64,000 nt of DNA from Thermoanaerobaculia bacterium (GTDB lineage Bacteria > Acidobacteriota > Thermoanaerobaculia > UBA5066). This document shows positions 1 through 12,539 of the stretch, in pieces (the stretch's first letter is position 1; each line of letters begins with the position of its first letter). Under the pieces are notes generated by a model that was given only the letters and a program-made list of their open reading frames with translations, searched no databases and was not told the origin of the DNA. The DNA is taken from positions 2,880,001 to 2,944,000 of the forward strand of contig CAVRAY010000001.1 of the NCBI GenBank assembly GCA_963719225.1, given 5' to 3'. A program made the position numbers and the translations under genes.

Positions 1-1
1 C

Positions 2-613
2 GAAAAGGGGCTCGCGATCCTATCGGAGGTCAAGGAAAAGACCGACCTCCCGATCCTGACGGACGTCCACGAGCCCGAGCAGTGCGCGATCGTGGCGGAG
101 GTGGCGGACGTCCTCCAGATTCCCGCGTTCCTCTGCCGCCAGACCGACCTCGTTCTCGCGGCGGCCGCCACGAAGAAGGCCGTCAACGTGAAGAAGGGCC
201 AGTTCCTCGCGCCGGACGACTGTAGGCAGATCGTGGACAAATGCCACGCGGCCGGGAACACGAACGTGATGCTCTGCGAGCGCGGCACGACGTTCGGATA
301 CCACAACCTCGTCGTGGACTTCCGCGGCCTTCCGATGATGCGGGCCCTCGGCGTGCCCGTGGTCTACGACGCGACGCACTCGCTCCAGCTTCCCGGCGGC
401 CTCGGGAACGAGACGGGCGGCTCCCGCGAGTACGCGCCGGCCCTCGCGCGGGCCGCGGCGTCCGTGGGAGTCGACGGCTACTTCTTCGAGGTTCACGACG
501 ATCCCGCTCGCGCGAAGTCCGATCGGGCGACGCAGCTTCCGCTCGCGAGCCTGCCGAAATTCCTGTCGGACCTCCTCGCGTTCGACGCGCTCAGGCGGAA
601 AACGCTCTCCTGA
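2..613 (+). CDS. kdsA: 3-deoxy-8-phosphooctulonate (KDO8P) synthase, 5'-truncated by window edge
   Basis: Frame open from base 2; motifs LTDVHE, LQIPAFLCRQTD, NVKKGQF, CERGTTFGY, DATHS. Confidence 0.97.
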   Translation, partial: EKGLAILSEVKEKTDLPILTDVHEPEQCAIVAEVADVLQIPAFLCRQTDLVLAAAATKKAVNVKKGQFLAPDDCRQIVDKCHAAGNTNVMLCERGTTFGYHNLVVDFRGLPMMRALGVPVVYDATHSLQLPGGLGNETGGSREYAPALARAAASVGVDGYFFEVHDDPARAKSDRATQLPLASLPKFLSDLLAFDALRRKTLS

Positions 614-650
614 CGAGACGCGAGACGGCCCTCGTCCGTAAAATCCTCCC

Positions 651-1895
651 GTGGATACGGACGAGCTCAACCAGCTGATCCGGTCGCTCAATCAGGGCGC
701 GTCGTCCGACCGGCGCGAGTCGCCCGAGATCGAGCTCGTGCGTGGGGAAGAGGCCGCTGAGCCGGTTCCCGACCTCGACGCGACGACGAAACTCCCGCCG
801 GCCTCGTTGGACGAGCTCCCTCCCCGCCTCGTGGCGCTCCTGTCCGAGACGGTGCGCCGGGGGGCCACGGATCTCCTCCTCGTGCCCGGCGCCTCGCCGG
901 TCGTCCGGGTCAACGGCGCGCTCGAGAGAGCCGGCGAAGGCGAGGCGATCTCGGCCCGGACGGTATTCGACCTCCTGTCTCCTTCGCTCTCGGGAGATCG
1001 GCGGCGCCGATATCAGGAGACGGGCGTCGTGGATCTCTCGCTCAGGCTCGCGGGCCTCGGCCGCTTCCGGGTGAACCTCCACCGCACGCGAGGGGGCACG
1101 GCGGCGGCCCTGCGGCTCCTTCCGAAGCGCGTGCCCTCGCTCTCCGAGCTGGGGCTGCCGGAGATGCTCTACGACCTGACGAAGGCCTCGCGCGGCCTCA
1201 TCCTCGTCACGGGGGCGACCGGCTCCGGCAAGACGACGACGCTGGCCGCCCTCGTGGATCGGATGAACCGGACGGAGAAGCGCCACATCGTCACGATCGA
1301 GGACCCCGTCGAGTACGAGCACGCGCACGCGAAATCGCTCGTCGAGCAGGTCGAGGTGGGAATCGACGTGTCCGGTTTCGCCACGGCCCTCGTCGCCGCG
1401 CTCCGCCAGGATCCGGACGTGATTCTCGTCGGCGAGATGCGGGACCTCGAGACGACGCGCGCCGCGGTGACGGCCGCCGAGACCGGCCACCTCGTTCTCA
1501 CGACGCTCCACACGAACGACGTCCCGCAGACGATCAACCGGATCCTGGACATCTTCCCGCCCGAGCAGCAGGCGCAGGTGAAGCACCAGCTCTCGCTCGC
1601 GCTGTCGGCCATCGTCTGCCAGCAGCTCGTCCCGAAGAAGGACGGCTCGGGCCGCGCCGTGGCCGTCGAGGTCCTCGTTGCGACGGATTCGATCCGCGCC
1701 CACATCCGCCGGGGCACCTTTCACCAGATCCACACGGAGCTGACGCTCGGGAAGCGCTTCGGGATGATGACGATGGAGGACTCGCTGGCGGCGCTCGTCG
1801 TGGCCGGCACGATCTCGGAAGCCGAGGCCCGCCTCCGCGCCTCGCATCCGGACGACCTCGCCTCGCGGCTCCTGAGCCGCCGCGCTCCGGGCTGA
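651..1895 (+). CDS. pilT: PilT/PilU-family type IV pilus ATPase
   Basis: Walker A GATGSGKTTT, TIEDPVEY Asp box, ALRQDPDVILVGEMRD, AAETGHLVLTTLHT His box. Confidence 0.9.
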   Translation: MDTDELNQLIRSLNQGASSDRRESPEIELVRGEEAAEPVPDLDATTKLPPASLDELPPRLVALLSETVRRGATDLLLVPGASPVVRVNGALERAGEGEAISARTVFDLLSPSLSGDRRRRYQETGVVDLSLRLAGLGRFRVNLHRTRGGTAAALRLLPKRVPSLSELGLPEMLYDLTKASRGLILVTGATGSGKTTTLAALVDRMNRTEKRHIVTIEDPVEYEHAHAKSLVEQVEVGIDVSGFATALVAALRQDPDVILVGEMRDLETTRAAVTAAETGHLVLTTLHTNDVPQTINRILDIFPPEQQAQVKHQLSLALSAIVCQQLVPKKDGSGRAVAVEVLVATDSIRAHIRRGTFHQIHTELTLGKRFGMMTMEDSLAALVVAGTISEAEARLRASHPDDLASRLLSRRAPG

Positions 1896-1920
1896 ATCTT
1901 CAGATTTCCTTCCCCGACCC

Positions 1921-1970
1921 TTGACAAACGGCCCCTTGCATCCGTAGTGTACTAGTGTTGCGATACACTA
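1921..1970 (+). promoter_or_regulatory. sigma70-like promoter overlapped by an inverted-repeat operator (YtrA/GntR type)
   Basis: TTGACA 1921-1926, 18 nt spacer, TAGTGT 1945-1950; inverted repeat TAGTGTA-N12-TACACTA 1945-1970 upstream of the GntR gene. Confidence 0.7.
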
Positions 1971-2016
1971 AGGCGGCACGGGGCTTCACGCTCGTCGGGA
2001 GGAGAGGAAACCCTCG

Positions 2017-2424
2017 ATGAGCCGCGGCCTCTCCGTCGATCCCTCCGACGCCGTTCCGCTCTGGAAGCAGATCGAGGAGAACGTGCGGCGGCTCGTGGCC
2101 TCGGGCGCGATGAAGCCGGGCTCGGCCGTGCCCTCCGTGCGCGACCTCGCGCGCGATCTCTCGATCAATCCCGCGACCGTGGCAAAGGGCTATCAGCGCC
2201 TCGTGGACGCGGGAATCCTCGCCGTGAAACGGGGCGAGGGAACTTTCGTGGCCGAAAAGCCGCCGGCTCTCCCGCGTGGCGAGCGCGAGAAGGAGCTCGA
2301 AGGAGGCGCGATGCGCTACGCAAGCCTCGCCGTCACGCTCGGTGCGCCGAGCGAGGAGGCTGTGGAGCAGGTGAAACGCAGTTTCGGATTTCTTAGAAGG
2401 AAGAGAGAGGGGGGAGCGGAATGA
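2017..2424 (+). CDS. GntR-family (YtrA subfamily) transcriptional regulator
   Basis: PLWKQI...PSVRDLA..L.INPATVAKGY..L...G.L...RGEGTFV wHTH; short C-terminus; precedes ABC ATPase. Confidence 0.92.
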   Translation: MSRGLSVDPSDAVPLWKQIEENVRRLVASGAMKPGSAVPSVRDLARDLSINPATVAKGYQRLVDAGILAVKRGEGTFVAEKPPALPRGEREKELEGGAMRYASLAVTLGAPSEEAVEQVKRSFGFLRRKREGGAE

Positions 2425-2524
2425 CGACGCAGCAGCAGGCCGGTGGTGTCGTTGCCGCTGCGGGCCAGAGGGGCGATCCGTCGCGCGCGACTTCGGCGCA
2501 CCCGGCACATTCACCTTCTAGGAA
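2390..2524. repeat. Inverted pair of the dispersed TTCTAAGAA motif
   Basis: TTCTTAGAA 2390-2398 (minus copy) and caccTTCTAGGAA core 2516-2524 (plus copy). Confidence 0.75.
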
Positions 2525-3458
2525 CTCTTCATTTCCGGTGGTCGAGGTTCGCCGCCTGCTCGTGAGATACGGCGGCAATCCGAAACCCACTCTCGAAGAA
2601 ATCTCTTTCTCCGTTCCCCGTGGCTCCGTGTATGCGCTGCTCGGGCGCAACGGCGCGGGCAAGTCCTCGCTCGTGCGCTGCCTCCTCGGCCAGCAGAAGC
2701 CGACCGCCGGCGCATGCGCGCTCTTCGGCGAGGATGCCTGGAGACGCCGGGCACGTCTCATGGCGAAGGTGGGCGTCGTCCCCGAGGACCCGGACGCGCC
2801 GCCCGCGATGACGGCGAGCGAGCTCTCGGCTTTCTGTGCGCGCTTCTATCCCTCGTGGGACGGCGCGGGCGTCACGGCCCGGCTCACCCGCTTCGAGGTC
2901 CCGGCGACGACGCCGTTCGGCAGCCTCTCGAAAGGTCAGAGGGCGCTCGTCTCGCTGTCGCTCGCCCTGGCTTCCTCGCCCGACCTTCTCGTCCTCGACG
3001 ATCCCACGCTCGGGCTCGATGCCGTCGCGCGCGCGGCCTTCTTCGACGAGCTCGTGGGCGAGCTGGCCGACCGCGGGACGACCGTCCTCCTCACCTCGCA
3101 CGACCTCGCGGGCGTCGAGAAGATGGCCGACCGCGTCGGGATCCTCAAGGGCGGGAAGCTCGTCCTCGACGAGACTCTCGAGAGTCTCAAGGCGCGCTTC
3201 CGGCGCCTGCGCTATGGAAACGAGGGGGCCGAAGATCCGGCCATGTACGGACAGGAGCTTTCGGCCTTCGACGCCGTCAAGGTCAAGGTGCGCGGCTGGG
3301 GCATCGAGGCCCTGGTCTCGAATTTCGGCGACGAGCCGTTTACGCGCTTTCGCGCGCTCGAAGGCGTCGTGGACGCCGAGGCGTCGGCGCTCTCTCTGGA
3401 GGAGATCTTCCTCGCCGTCGTGGGGGAAGCGTCTCCCGCGGCAAAGGGGAATGCATGA
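2421..3458 (+). CDS. ABC transporter ATP-binding protein
   Basis: GRNGAGKS Walker A, LSKGQ signature, LVLDDPT Walker B, SH switch; ATGA overlap with GntR gene. Confidence 0.93.
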   Translation: MTTQQQAGGVVAAAGQRGDPSRATSAHPAHSPSRNSSFPVVEVRRLLVRYGGNPKPTLEEISFSVPRGSVYALLGRNGAGKSSLVRCLLGQQKPTAGACALFGEDAWRRRARLMAKVGVVPEDPDAPPAMTASELSAFCARFYPSWDGAGVTARLTRFEVPATTPFGSLSKGQRALVSLSLALASSPDLLVLDDPTLGLDAVARAAFFDELVGELADRGTTVLLTSHDLAGVEKMADRVGILKGGKLVLDETLESLKARFRRLRYGNEGAEDPAMYGQELSAFDAVKVKVRGWGIEALVSNFGDEPFTRFRALEGVVDAEASALSLEEIFLAVVGEASPAAKGNA

Positions 3459-5398
3459 AAGGCACTCTCGCCGTCGCGGCGCGGGAGATCGCGGAGCGGA
3501 AGCTTCTCTTTCTCGGCGCCTTCGTCGCCGGGCTTCTGCCGCTCGGGTTCCCGCTCATCCCCGTCTTGCATCACAACCCGCGTGAAGCGCGGTCCGTGGC
3601 CGTGCTCCTCGTGGCCGCCACGATCGCGGTGGCCTTTCCGCTGGTCTTCGGAGCCACGATCCTGGTCGGCGACATCGCCCAGAAGCGCCTGAGCTTCTAC
3701 TTTTCGCGGCCCTTGCCTGCCGCTTCGATCTGGGCCGGAAAGCTGCTCGCCGCGCTGGTGATCTCGATCGGTTGCGCCTTCCTCGCCGTGGCGCCGGTTT
3801 TCTTCCTGGAAGGGGAAAGCGCCTTCTCGTCCGACACGGGCGGCTTCGGTTCGCAAGGCCTCCTCGCTCTCGCCGTTCCTGGCGTTCTTCTCCTCCTTCT
3901 TCTCGCACATGTCGTGGCCTCGATGGCGCGGCTGCGCTCGGCCTGGATCGTTCTGGATTTCATCCTGGCTGCGGCCTTCACGGTCGCGATCGCGCTCTCC
4001 CTTCGAAGTCTCTTCCTCACGGGCTTCTGGGATCTCGAAGAGATGCGGCAGTCCCCCGACCCTCTCGCCGGATGGCTAGTCGCCGCGCTCATCGGGGTGC
4101 TTCTCGCCGCGAGCTGCGTGCAGGTGGCCGACGGGCGCACGGACGCACGACGCTCGCACGGAGCGCTCTCCGCGACGCTCTGGGGTCTTATCGCCCTCGC
4201 CGTGGCGATTCTCGGAGGTCTCGCCTGGTGGGCGTCGTCCGCTCGGGCGACGGACCTCGCGCGAATCGAACCCGGAGTCATGACGGCGCCCCGTGGGTCG
4301 TGGGTAGCCGTCGCTGGTCCCCTCCGCGCAGGACGGGGCGCGGGGAGATTCCTCTTCGACACCGAAGGAGGCCGCTCGGTGCGGATCCGGTCGGGCGAAG
4401 CCGTCTTCTCCGCGAACGGGGCGCGCGCGGCATGGGCGGAGGAGAGGATCGGATTCTTCGAAAGGGGGAGAAAGGCAGATCTCTTCGTCGCCGACCTCGC
4501 ATCGGCGAGGACCGTCAAGACGGGCCTCGAGAGCTCCGTGTGGTCCCGGGTCGCCCTCTCTCCGTCGGGAAACCGGCTGGCGGTTTCCGACGGGCACACG
4601 CTCGAGGCTTACGACGTTTCCAATCCCGCGAACCCGAAGCAGGCCGCGGCGATACGTGTCGAAATCAGCTCGAACACAGTCGTCTTCATCGACGATGACA
4701 CCGTCCGGATTTTTCCAAGGTACTACTGGGCGGCGAAGCGGAAGGACGTCACGCCGCGCGATTTCGACATCGAGGAGATCTCTTTCCTTTCTAAGAAATC
4801 TATCGTGACCGGCCGCTTCGATCGCGATGCTCTCCCTTACCTGCGTGTCAGCGCGGACGGGCGATATTTCGTCGGCACGAAAGAAAAGCGCCTCACGCTC
4901 CACGACGGCCGGACGGGCGCGGAGTTGCGGACTCTCGAGAGCGATCTCAAGGGCGCAAGAGCTCTCTTCATCTCGGGCGGCCGTATCGCCGTGGCCGGCG
5001 TCGCAGATGGAAAGGGAGTGTCGAGGATCTTCTTAGAAGGTGATGCGCGCGCGGCGGCTGCGCGCGCGATCGACCTCGGCCCGGCCGCGACCCTCGTCCT
5101 CGGAGGCGAAGTCGCCCCCGGGCGCGTCGCCGTGGCGCTCAATGCCTTTCTAAGCAATGACGAACGGTCACACCCAGCCTGGAAGCTCGCATTCGTGGAC
5201 GTGGTGACGGGTGAGGTCTCTCCCGGCCCCGATGGCCTTGCCCCCGCCGCCCGGTTCTCGTGGTGGTTCTCGCCCGTCCTGCCGCCTTCCGAAGCGGGAT
5301 CCCCCGCCTCGAAGCTCTTCCTCGACGCGTCCGGCGCGCTCGTGCGGCTCGATCCCGCGACTGGCAAGCAGGAAGTCCTCCTCGGCGGCAGACGCTAA
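3455..5398 (+). CDS. ABC-2-type permease-like membrane protein with C-terminal extracytoplasmic beta-rich (propeller-like) domain
   Basis: ATG 3455 overlaps ATPase stop; about 8 hydrophobic segments, FYFSRP....IWAGKL motif, then FSANG/LSPSG/SADGR repeats. Confidence 0.75.
   Translation: MKGTLAVAAREIAERKLLFLGAFVAGLLPLGFPLIPVLHHNPREARSVAVLLVAATIAVAFPLVFGATILVGDIAQKRLSFYFSRPLPAASIWAGKLLAALVISIGCAFLAVAPVFFLEGESAFSSDTGGFGSQGLLALAVPGVLLLLLLAHVVASMARLRSAWIVLDFILAAAFTVAIALSLRSLFLTGFWDLEEMRQSPDPLAGWLVAALIGVLLAASCVQVADGRTDARRSHGALSATLWGLIALAVAILGGLAWWASSARATDLARIEPGVMTAPRGSWVAVAGPLRAGRGAGRFLFDTEGGRSVRIRSGEAVFSANGARAAWAEERIGFFERGRKADLFVADLASARTVKTGLESSVWSRVALSPSGNRLAVSDGHTLEAYDVSNPANPKQAAAIRVEISSNTVVFIDDDTVRIFPRYYWAAKRKDVTPRDFDIEEISFLSKKSIVTGRFDRDALPYLRVSADGRYFVGTKEKRLTLHDGRTGAELRTLESDLKGARALFISGGRIAVAGVADGKGVSRIFLEGDARAAAARAIDLGPAATLVLGGEVAPGRVAVALNAFLSNDERSHPAWKLAFVDVVTGEVSPGPDGLAPAARFSWWFSPVLPPSEAGSPASKLFLDASGALVRLDPATGKQEVLLGGRR
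4789..5156. repeat. Three copies of the dispersed TTCTAAGAA motif
   Basis: Cores at 4789-4797 (+), 5030-5038 (-), 5148-5156 (+, TTCTAAGCA). Confidence 0.75.
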
Positions 5399-5408
5399 GA
5401 TCCCTCCA

Positions 5409-6386
5409 ATGACCACGTCCGCACGGCGGGAAGCGCGCCGCGTGATCGAAGCGGAAGCGGAAGCGGTGCGCGGCCTCGCCGCCGGCCTCGACGAAGGCTT
5501 CGACCGCGCCGTGGAGGCGATGAAGGCGACGGGCGCGACCTCCTGCCGCGTCGTCGTGACGGGCATCGGAAAGAGCGGGATCGTGGGCCAGAAGATCGCC
5601 GCGACGCTCGCCTCGACCGGCACGGCCGCGTTCTTCCTGCACCCGTCCGAGGCGATCCACGGCGACCTCGGGATGATCCTCGAGGGCGACGTCGTTCTCG
5701 CGCTGTCGCATTCGGGCGAAACGTCGGAGGTCGTCGCGCTCATCCCGCACGTCAAGCGCCGGGGCGCGACGCTCGTCGCGATGACCGGCCGTCGCGACTC
5801 CACTCTCGGGAAGAGCGCGGACATCGTCGTCTCCGTCGTCATCCACGAGGAGGCCTGCCCGCTCAACCTCGCGCCCACCGCCTCCACGACGGCTCAGCTC
5901 GTCCTCGGCGACGCGCTCGCGATGGCGCTTTCCGTGGAGAAGGGCTTCCAGCCGGAGGACTTCGCCGCGCTCCATCCCGGAGGGAAGCTCGGGAAGCGCT
6001 TCCTAAAGGTCGCGGACCTCATGCACAGGGGCGAGGCGATCCCGCTCGTCCCCGAGAGCGCCGCCATGAAGGACGTCGTCTACGAGATGTCGCACAAGCG
6101 CCTCGGGATCACGGGCGTCACCGACCCGGCCGGGAGGCTGGTGGGCGTCGTCTCGGACGGCGACCTCCGCCGGCTGCTGGAGCGCGACGGGCCGAAGATC
6201 ATGGGCGACTCGGCCGCGGAGGCCATGAGCCGAAGCCCGAAGACGATCGGCGCCGGCGCGTTCGCCGCCGAGGCGCTGCGGCTCATGGAGGAGCGGAGGA
6301 TCACGTCGCTCTTCGTCCTCGACGGGGCGGGCGCTCCCGCCGGGATCCTCCACCTCCACGACCTTTGGGGAATCGAGTCGATCTAG
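5409..6386 (+). CDS. kdsD: Arabinose-5-phosphate isomerase (KpsF/GutQ, SIS+CBS)
   Basis: VVTGIGKSG, TLASTGT, HPSEAIHGDLG, EACPLNLAPTASTT, HPGGKLG, CBS pair. Confidence 0.96.
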   Translation: MTTSARREARRVIEAEAEAVRGLAAGLDEGFDRAVEAMKATGATSCRVVVTGIGKSGIVGQKIAATLASTGTAAFFLHPSEAIHGDLGMILEGDVVLALSHSGETSEVVALIPHVKRRGATLVAMTGRRDSTLGKSADIVVSVVIHEEACPLNLAPTASTTAQLVLGDALAMALSVEKGFQPEDFAALHPGGKLGKRFLKVADLMHRGEAIPLVPESAAMKDVVYEMSHKRLGITGVTDPAGRLVGVVSDGDLRRLLERDGPKIMGDSAAEAMSRSPKTIGAGAFAAEALRLMEERRITSLFVLDGAGAPAGILHLHDLWGIESI

Positions 6387-6433
6387 CGCGCGGTCTTTCG
6401 GAACGGTCATCTTCACGCGCATAATTCCCCGAC

Positions 6434-7039
6434 ATGCCGGCCGCACCGATCGTCCCCGAGGACCTCAGGAGTCGTCTCGCCCGCATCCGCGGGATCATCC
6501 TCGACGTGGACGGCGTCCTGACGGACGGCTCGATGACGTTCGACGAAACCGGGAACGAGACGAAGTCGTTCGACGTGAAGGACGGCCTCGGCCTCGTCCT
6601 CCTGCGCGACCTCGGCTACCGGATCGGCGTCGTCTCGAGCCGGACGTCCAAGGTCGTGGCGCACCGATGCGCGGAGCTGAAGATCTCCGACGAATACGTC
6701 CTCCAGGGCGAGCGCGACAAGGTCGCCTCGTTCGACCTCCTCGCGAAGCGCTGGGGACTCGACGCAATCGAGATCGTGGCCGTTGGAGACGACCTCCCGG
6801 ACCTCGGCATGCTGCGGCGTGCGGGAGTCGGAGCGGCGCCCGCCGACGCGGTCGGGATCGTGCGGGACGCCGCGGCCCTCCAGCTCACGAAGCCGGGCGG
6901 CGCCGGCGCCGTCCGCGAGCTGTGCGACCTCATCCTCGAGGTGCGGCGCGGCGCGCGCGCCGACCGTCCCGCCGCCGTCGAACAGCCCCAGGCGCCGAGC
7001 GACGGCGACGTCATTCCTTTCCCGTTCGGCCGCACCTGA
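6434..7039 (+). CDS. kdsC: KDO-8-phosphate phosphatase (HAD)
   Basis: LDVDGVLTDG, FDVKDGLG, GDDLPD, GGAGAVRE; next to kdsD. Confidence 0.94.
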   Translation: MPAAPIVPEDLRSRLARIRGIILDVDGVLTDGSMTFDETGNETKSFDVKDGLGLVLLRDLGYRIGVVSSRTSKVVAHRCAELKISDEYVLQGERDKVASFDLLAKRWGLDAIEIVAVGDDLPDLGMLRRAGVGAAPADAVGIVRDAAALQLTKPGGAGAVRELCDLILEVRRGARADRPAAVEQPQAPSDGDVIPFPFGRT

Positions 7040-7067
7040 CCCCGGCTCGCGGTCGCGGCCCGATCTC

Positions 7068-7592
7068 TCAGTTTCCTTCGGTCCCGCGTTCCTTCAGCAT
7101 GCAATCCCGGCACTCGGCGTAGAACGGTCCGGCCGCGAACGGCGACTGGATGGTCGGCTTGCCTCCGGCGTTTCCCGAAACCCGAACTTCGACCTTTCCG
7201 CACGCCGGCAGGGAGACGTGCACCGGGTGCTCCGCGGCTCCCGGCTGCCGATGGAACGTGATCGCACGCTCCTTCCAGGCTCCGGACGCCTGGTACCGGA
7301 ACAGGACCGTCATGCTCTGATCGGTGGCCCCGGTGGGAGCCGAAACAGGAAACGTGATGTTGCAGTGCCCCCCCTTCGAGCCGCAGTCGAACGACTTCGT
7401 CGCGACGGATGCGGGGTTCTCTCCGACCTTCACGACGCCTCCCTTTTCCGTCGAGGACGAGTTCGCGCCGCCTCGCGCGATCACCCATTTCGTCAGCGTC
7501 ATGGCCCCGGGGGGAATCGGGACCGGGCACTCCGCCGCCGCCGTGACGGCCGAGATCAGAGCGACGACGAGGACGGCGAGGACGCGTTTCAT
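7068..7592 (-). CDS. Hypothetical secreted Cys-containing protein
   Basis: GGAGG RBS, ATG 7592, signal peptide MKRVLAVLVVALISAVTAAA, six Cys in the mature part. Confidence 0.65.
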   Translation of the reverse strand: MKRVLAVLVVALISAVTAAAECPVPIPPGAMTLTKWVIARGGANSSSTEKGGVVKVGENPASVATKSFDCGSKGGHCNITFPVSAPTGATDQSMTVLFRYQASGAWKERAITFHRQPGAAEHPVHVSLPACGKVEVRVSGNAGGKPTIQSPFAAGPFYAECRDCMLKERGTEGN

Positions 7593-7750
7593 ACTTGCCT
7601 CCTTTGAGGCTCCGCGGCTCGCGGCAGCAGAGCCCGACATCCTTCCGGGGAAACCGCCTGCTTCTTCGAGGCACAACGCCGGGAATCGCCGGGCCCACGA
7701 TACACCCCGCCTCGCGAACGGAACCAGTCGTTCCTGCTAGGCTCCGCCCC

Positions 7751-8227
7751 ATGCGCTGCCCCTACTGCGGCGCGGGAGACGACCGCGTCGTCGACTCGCG
7801 CGAGAGCCGCGAAGGAGCCGTGATCCGAAGGAGGCGGGAATGCAACGCCTGCCAGCGCCGCTTCACGTCCTACGAGACCGTCGAGGAGATCCCCCTCCTC
7901 GTGGTCAAGAAGGACGGGCGGCGCGAGCCGTTCGACCGCAACAAGCTCCTGCGGGGCCTCATGAAGGCCTGTGAGAAGCGCCCGGTCGAGACGAAGACCC
8001 TCGAGGCCATCTGCGACGAGATCGAGTCGGCGCTCTCGGCGAAGGAGCCGCGGGAGATGACGACCGTGGAGCTGGGCGCCGCGATCATGGAGAAGCTCAA
8101 GGAGCTGGACCAGGTGGCCTACGTGCGGTTCGCGTCCGTCTACCGCCGGTTCGAGGACCTCGGCGACTTCGTCGACGAGCTCAAGGCGCTGCTCGGGCGC
8201 GTGCCGGGAAGCGGGAGGGCGAGATGA
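7751..8227 (+). CDS. nrdR: Transcriptional repressor NrdR
   Basis: MRCPYCG..VVDSR..IRRRREC..C..RFTSYE zinc ribbon, ATP cone, VAYVRFASVY. Confidence 0.98.
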   Translation: MRCPYCGAGDDRVVDSRESREGAVIRRRRECNACQRRFTSYETVEEIPLLVVKKDGRREPFDRNKLLRGLMKACEKRPVETKTLEAICDEIESALSAKEPREMTTVELGAAIMEKLKELDQVAYVRFASVYRRFEDLGDFVDELKALLGRVPGSGRAR

Positions 8228-8624
8228 GGAATCGCGAGAGGTCGGTCTTCGTCTTCGGAACGGAGACGGCCCTGCCCGTCGCCCGCCCGGCTCCCGACGC
8301 CCCCGTGGACATCGTCGAGGACGCGCAGGGGTGGCGGCTCGTCTTCGAGATTCCGGGGGCCGATCCCGACCAGATCTCCGTCGACGTCCAGGGACGCGTC
8401 CTGACCTTGCGCGGCGTTCGCCGCGGGACCGACCGGGCTGGAGGCGTCTTCCTGAGAGTGGAGCGCGCGGCGGGGGCTTTCGAGCGCGTGCTCGAGCTGC
8501 CGCAGGATCCCGACCCGGAGCGCACCCGCGCGACGTACGAGGACGGCCTGCTCGTCCTCGAGGTGCCGAAGCGGTCCACGAAGAGCGGGCACTCCATCCC
8601 GGTCGTGAAGGGAAAGAAAGGCGC

Positions 8625-8628
<4 letters not shown>
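8224..8628 (+). CDS. Hsp20/alpha-crystallin small heat-shock protein
   Basis: PVDIVED...EIPG...ER..GAFER...ATYEDGLL.LEVPK. Confidence 0.9.
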
Positions 8629-11020
<2,392 letters not shown>

Positions 11021-11024
<4 letters not shown>

Positions 11025-12052
11025 AAGCGCGCCTGCCGACCGAGGACGCGATCGTCCAGCGCCTCGCGGCGGCCTTCGCGACGCGCCGCCGCGACGTCAA
11101 GATCGGCATCGGCGACGACGCCGCGATCGTCGCGGCGCCCTCGCGGCTCGCGGTGACCACGGACGTCCTCCTCGAGGATCACGATTTCCGCCGGGACGCC
11201 GACCCGCGCCGCCTCGGGCGTAAGGCGATCAACGTGAACCTCTCCGACCTCGCCGCGATGGGGGCGACGCCGCTGTGGGCCATCCTCGCGCTCGGACTCC
11301 CGAAGAAAACGCGCACCGAGTGGCTCGACGCGCTCGTCTCGGGAGTGCGCGAAGCGGCCGCCGAGCATGGCGTGGCCGTCGTCGGCGGGGACCTGTCCGC
11401 GTCGGAGAAGCTCTTCGTCACCGTGACGGCCCTCGGGCAGGCGCCCGAGAAGCCGCTCCTGCGCTCGGGAGCCGAGCCGGGAGACGCTCTCTACGTTTCC
11501 GGAACGCTCGGCGCGGCGGCGGCCGGCCTGAAGCTGCTCGAAGCCGGCTACCGCCTCTCCGCGGAGAAGGACGTCCTCGACCCGAAGGGCCGGCGCGTTC
11601 CGGCGCCGCGCGCACCCGAGAAGGGGCGGCTCATCCGCCATCAGATCGATCCGCGCCCGCAGCTCGAGCTCGGTGCCGCGCTCGCCTCGGGAGGCCTCGC
11701 GTCGGCGGCGCTGGACGTCTCGGACGGCCTCGTGCGCGATCTCTACAGGATCTGCCGCGCGTCGGACGTGGGCGCGACCGTCGAGGCCTCTCTCCTGCCG
11801 GCGGATTCCGCGCTCTCCAACCTCGCCGGCGTGCTCCGCCTCGATCCGCTCACCACGGCCCTCTACGGGGGCGAGGATTTCGGGCTGCTCTTCACGGTGC
11901 CGCGGCGCAAGCTCGCCGCGGTCGAAGCTCTCTCCGGGCGGTTCGCCCTCCGGCGCATCGGCCTGATCGACGACGGCGCCGGCGTCCGCCTCGTGCGCGA
12001 CGGGCGGCGGGCGCCCCTTGCCGACGCGGGTTTCGATCACTTTGGCGCCTGA
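11021..12052 (+). CDS. thiL: Thiamine-monophosphate kinase
   Basis: [38 protein letters not shown]. Confidence 0.95.
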
Positions 12053-12539
12053 AACGTTCAAGCACAGGTTCCTTCACATGCTCGGGAGCGATTCGCCTCC
12101 CGAGGTCGTCGCCGCGTCGTTCGCGATCGGCGTCGCGATCTCCTTCACCCCGCTCATCGGGCTTCACTGGATCATCGCGCTCGTCCTGGCGGTGATCCTG
12201 AAGCTCAACAAGGTGGACGTTCTCCTCGGGACTCTCGTCGTGAATCCCATGACGCTTCCAGCGGTCGCCGCGGTCGCGATCCCGATCGGCCGTTTCCTGC
12301 TCCGGGCGCGGCGCGAGGCGATCGCACATCTGCCGTGGCGCGACATGTTCCGGCGCTCGTTCTGGACCACCGCGGGACCGACGATGAAGGCGATCGGCCT
12401 CCAGATGGCCGTCGGCATGTTCTTTCTCGCGGTGATCGTGGGGGCGCTCACGTACGTCGTCCTCGTGAACCTGATCCGGCGTCACCGCGCGAAGCTCGCC
12501 GCGCGCGCGAGCTCCCCTCTCACCCCGCCGTCGCCGTGA
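12018..12539 (+). CDS. DUF2062-like membrane protein (start uncertain)
   Basis: [25 protein letters not shown]...NP pattern, hydrophobic helices. Confidence 0.8.
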   Translation: MPTRVSITLAPETFKHRFLHMLGSDSPPEVVAASFAIGVAISFTPLIGLHWIIALVLAVILKLNKVDVLLGTLVVNPMTLPAVAAVAIPIGRFLLRARREAIAHLPWRDMFRRSFWTTAGPTMKAIGLQMAVGMFFLAVIVGALTYVVLVNLIRRHRAKLAARASSPLTPPSP

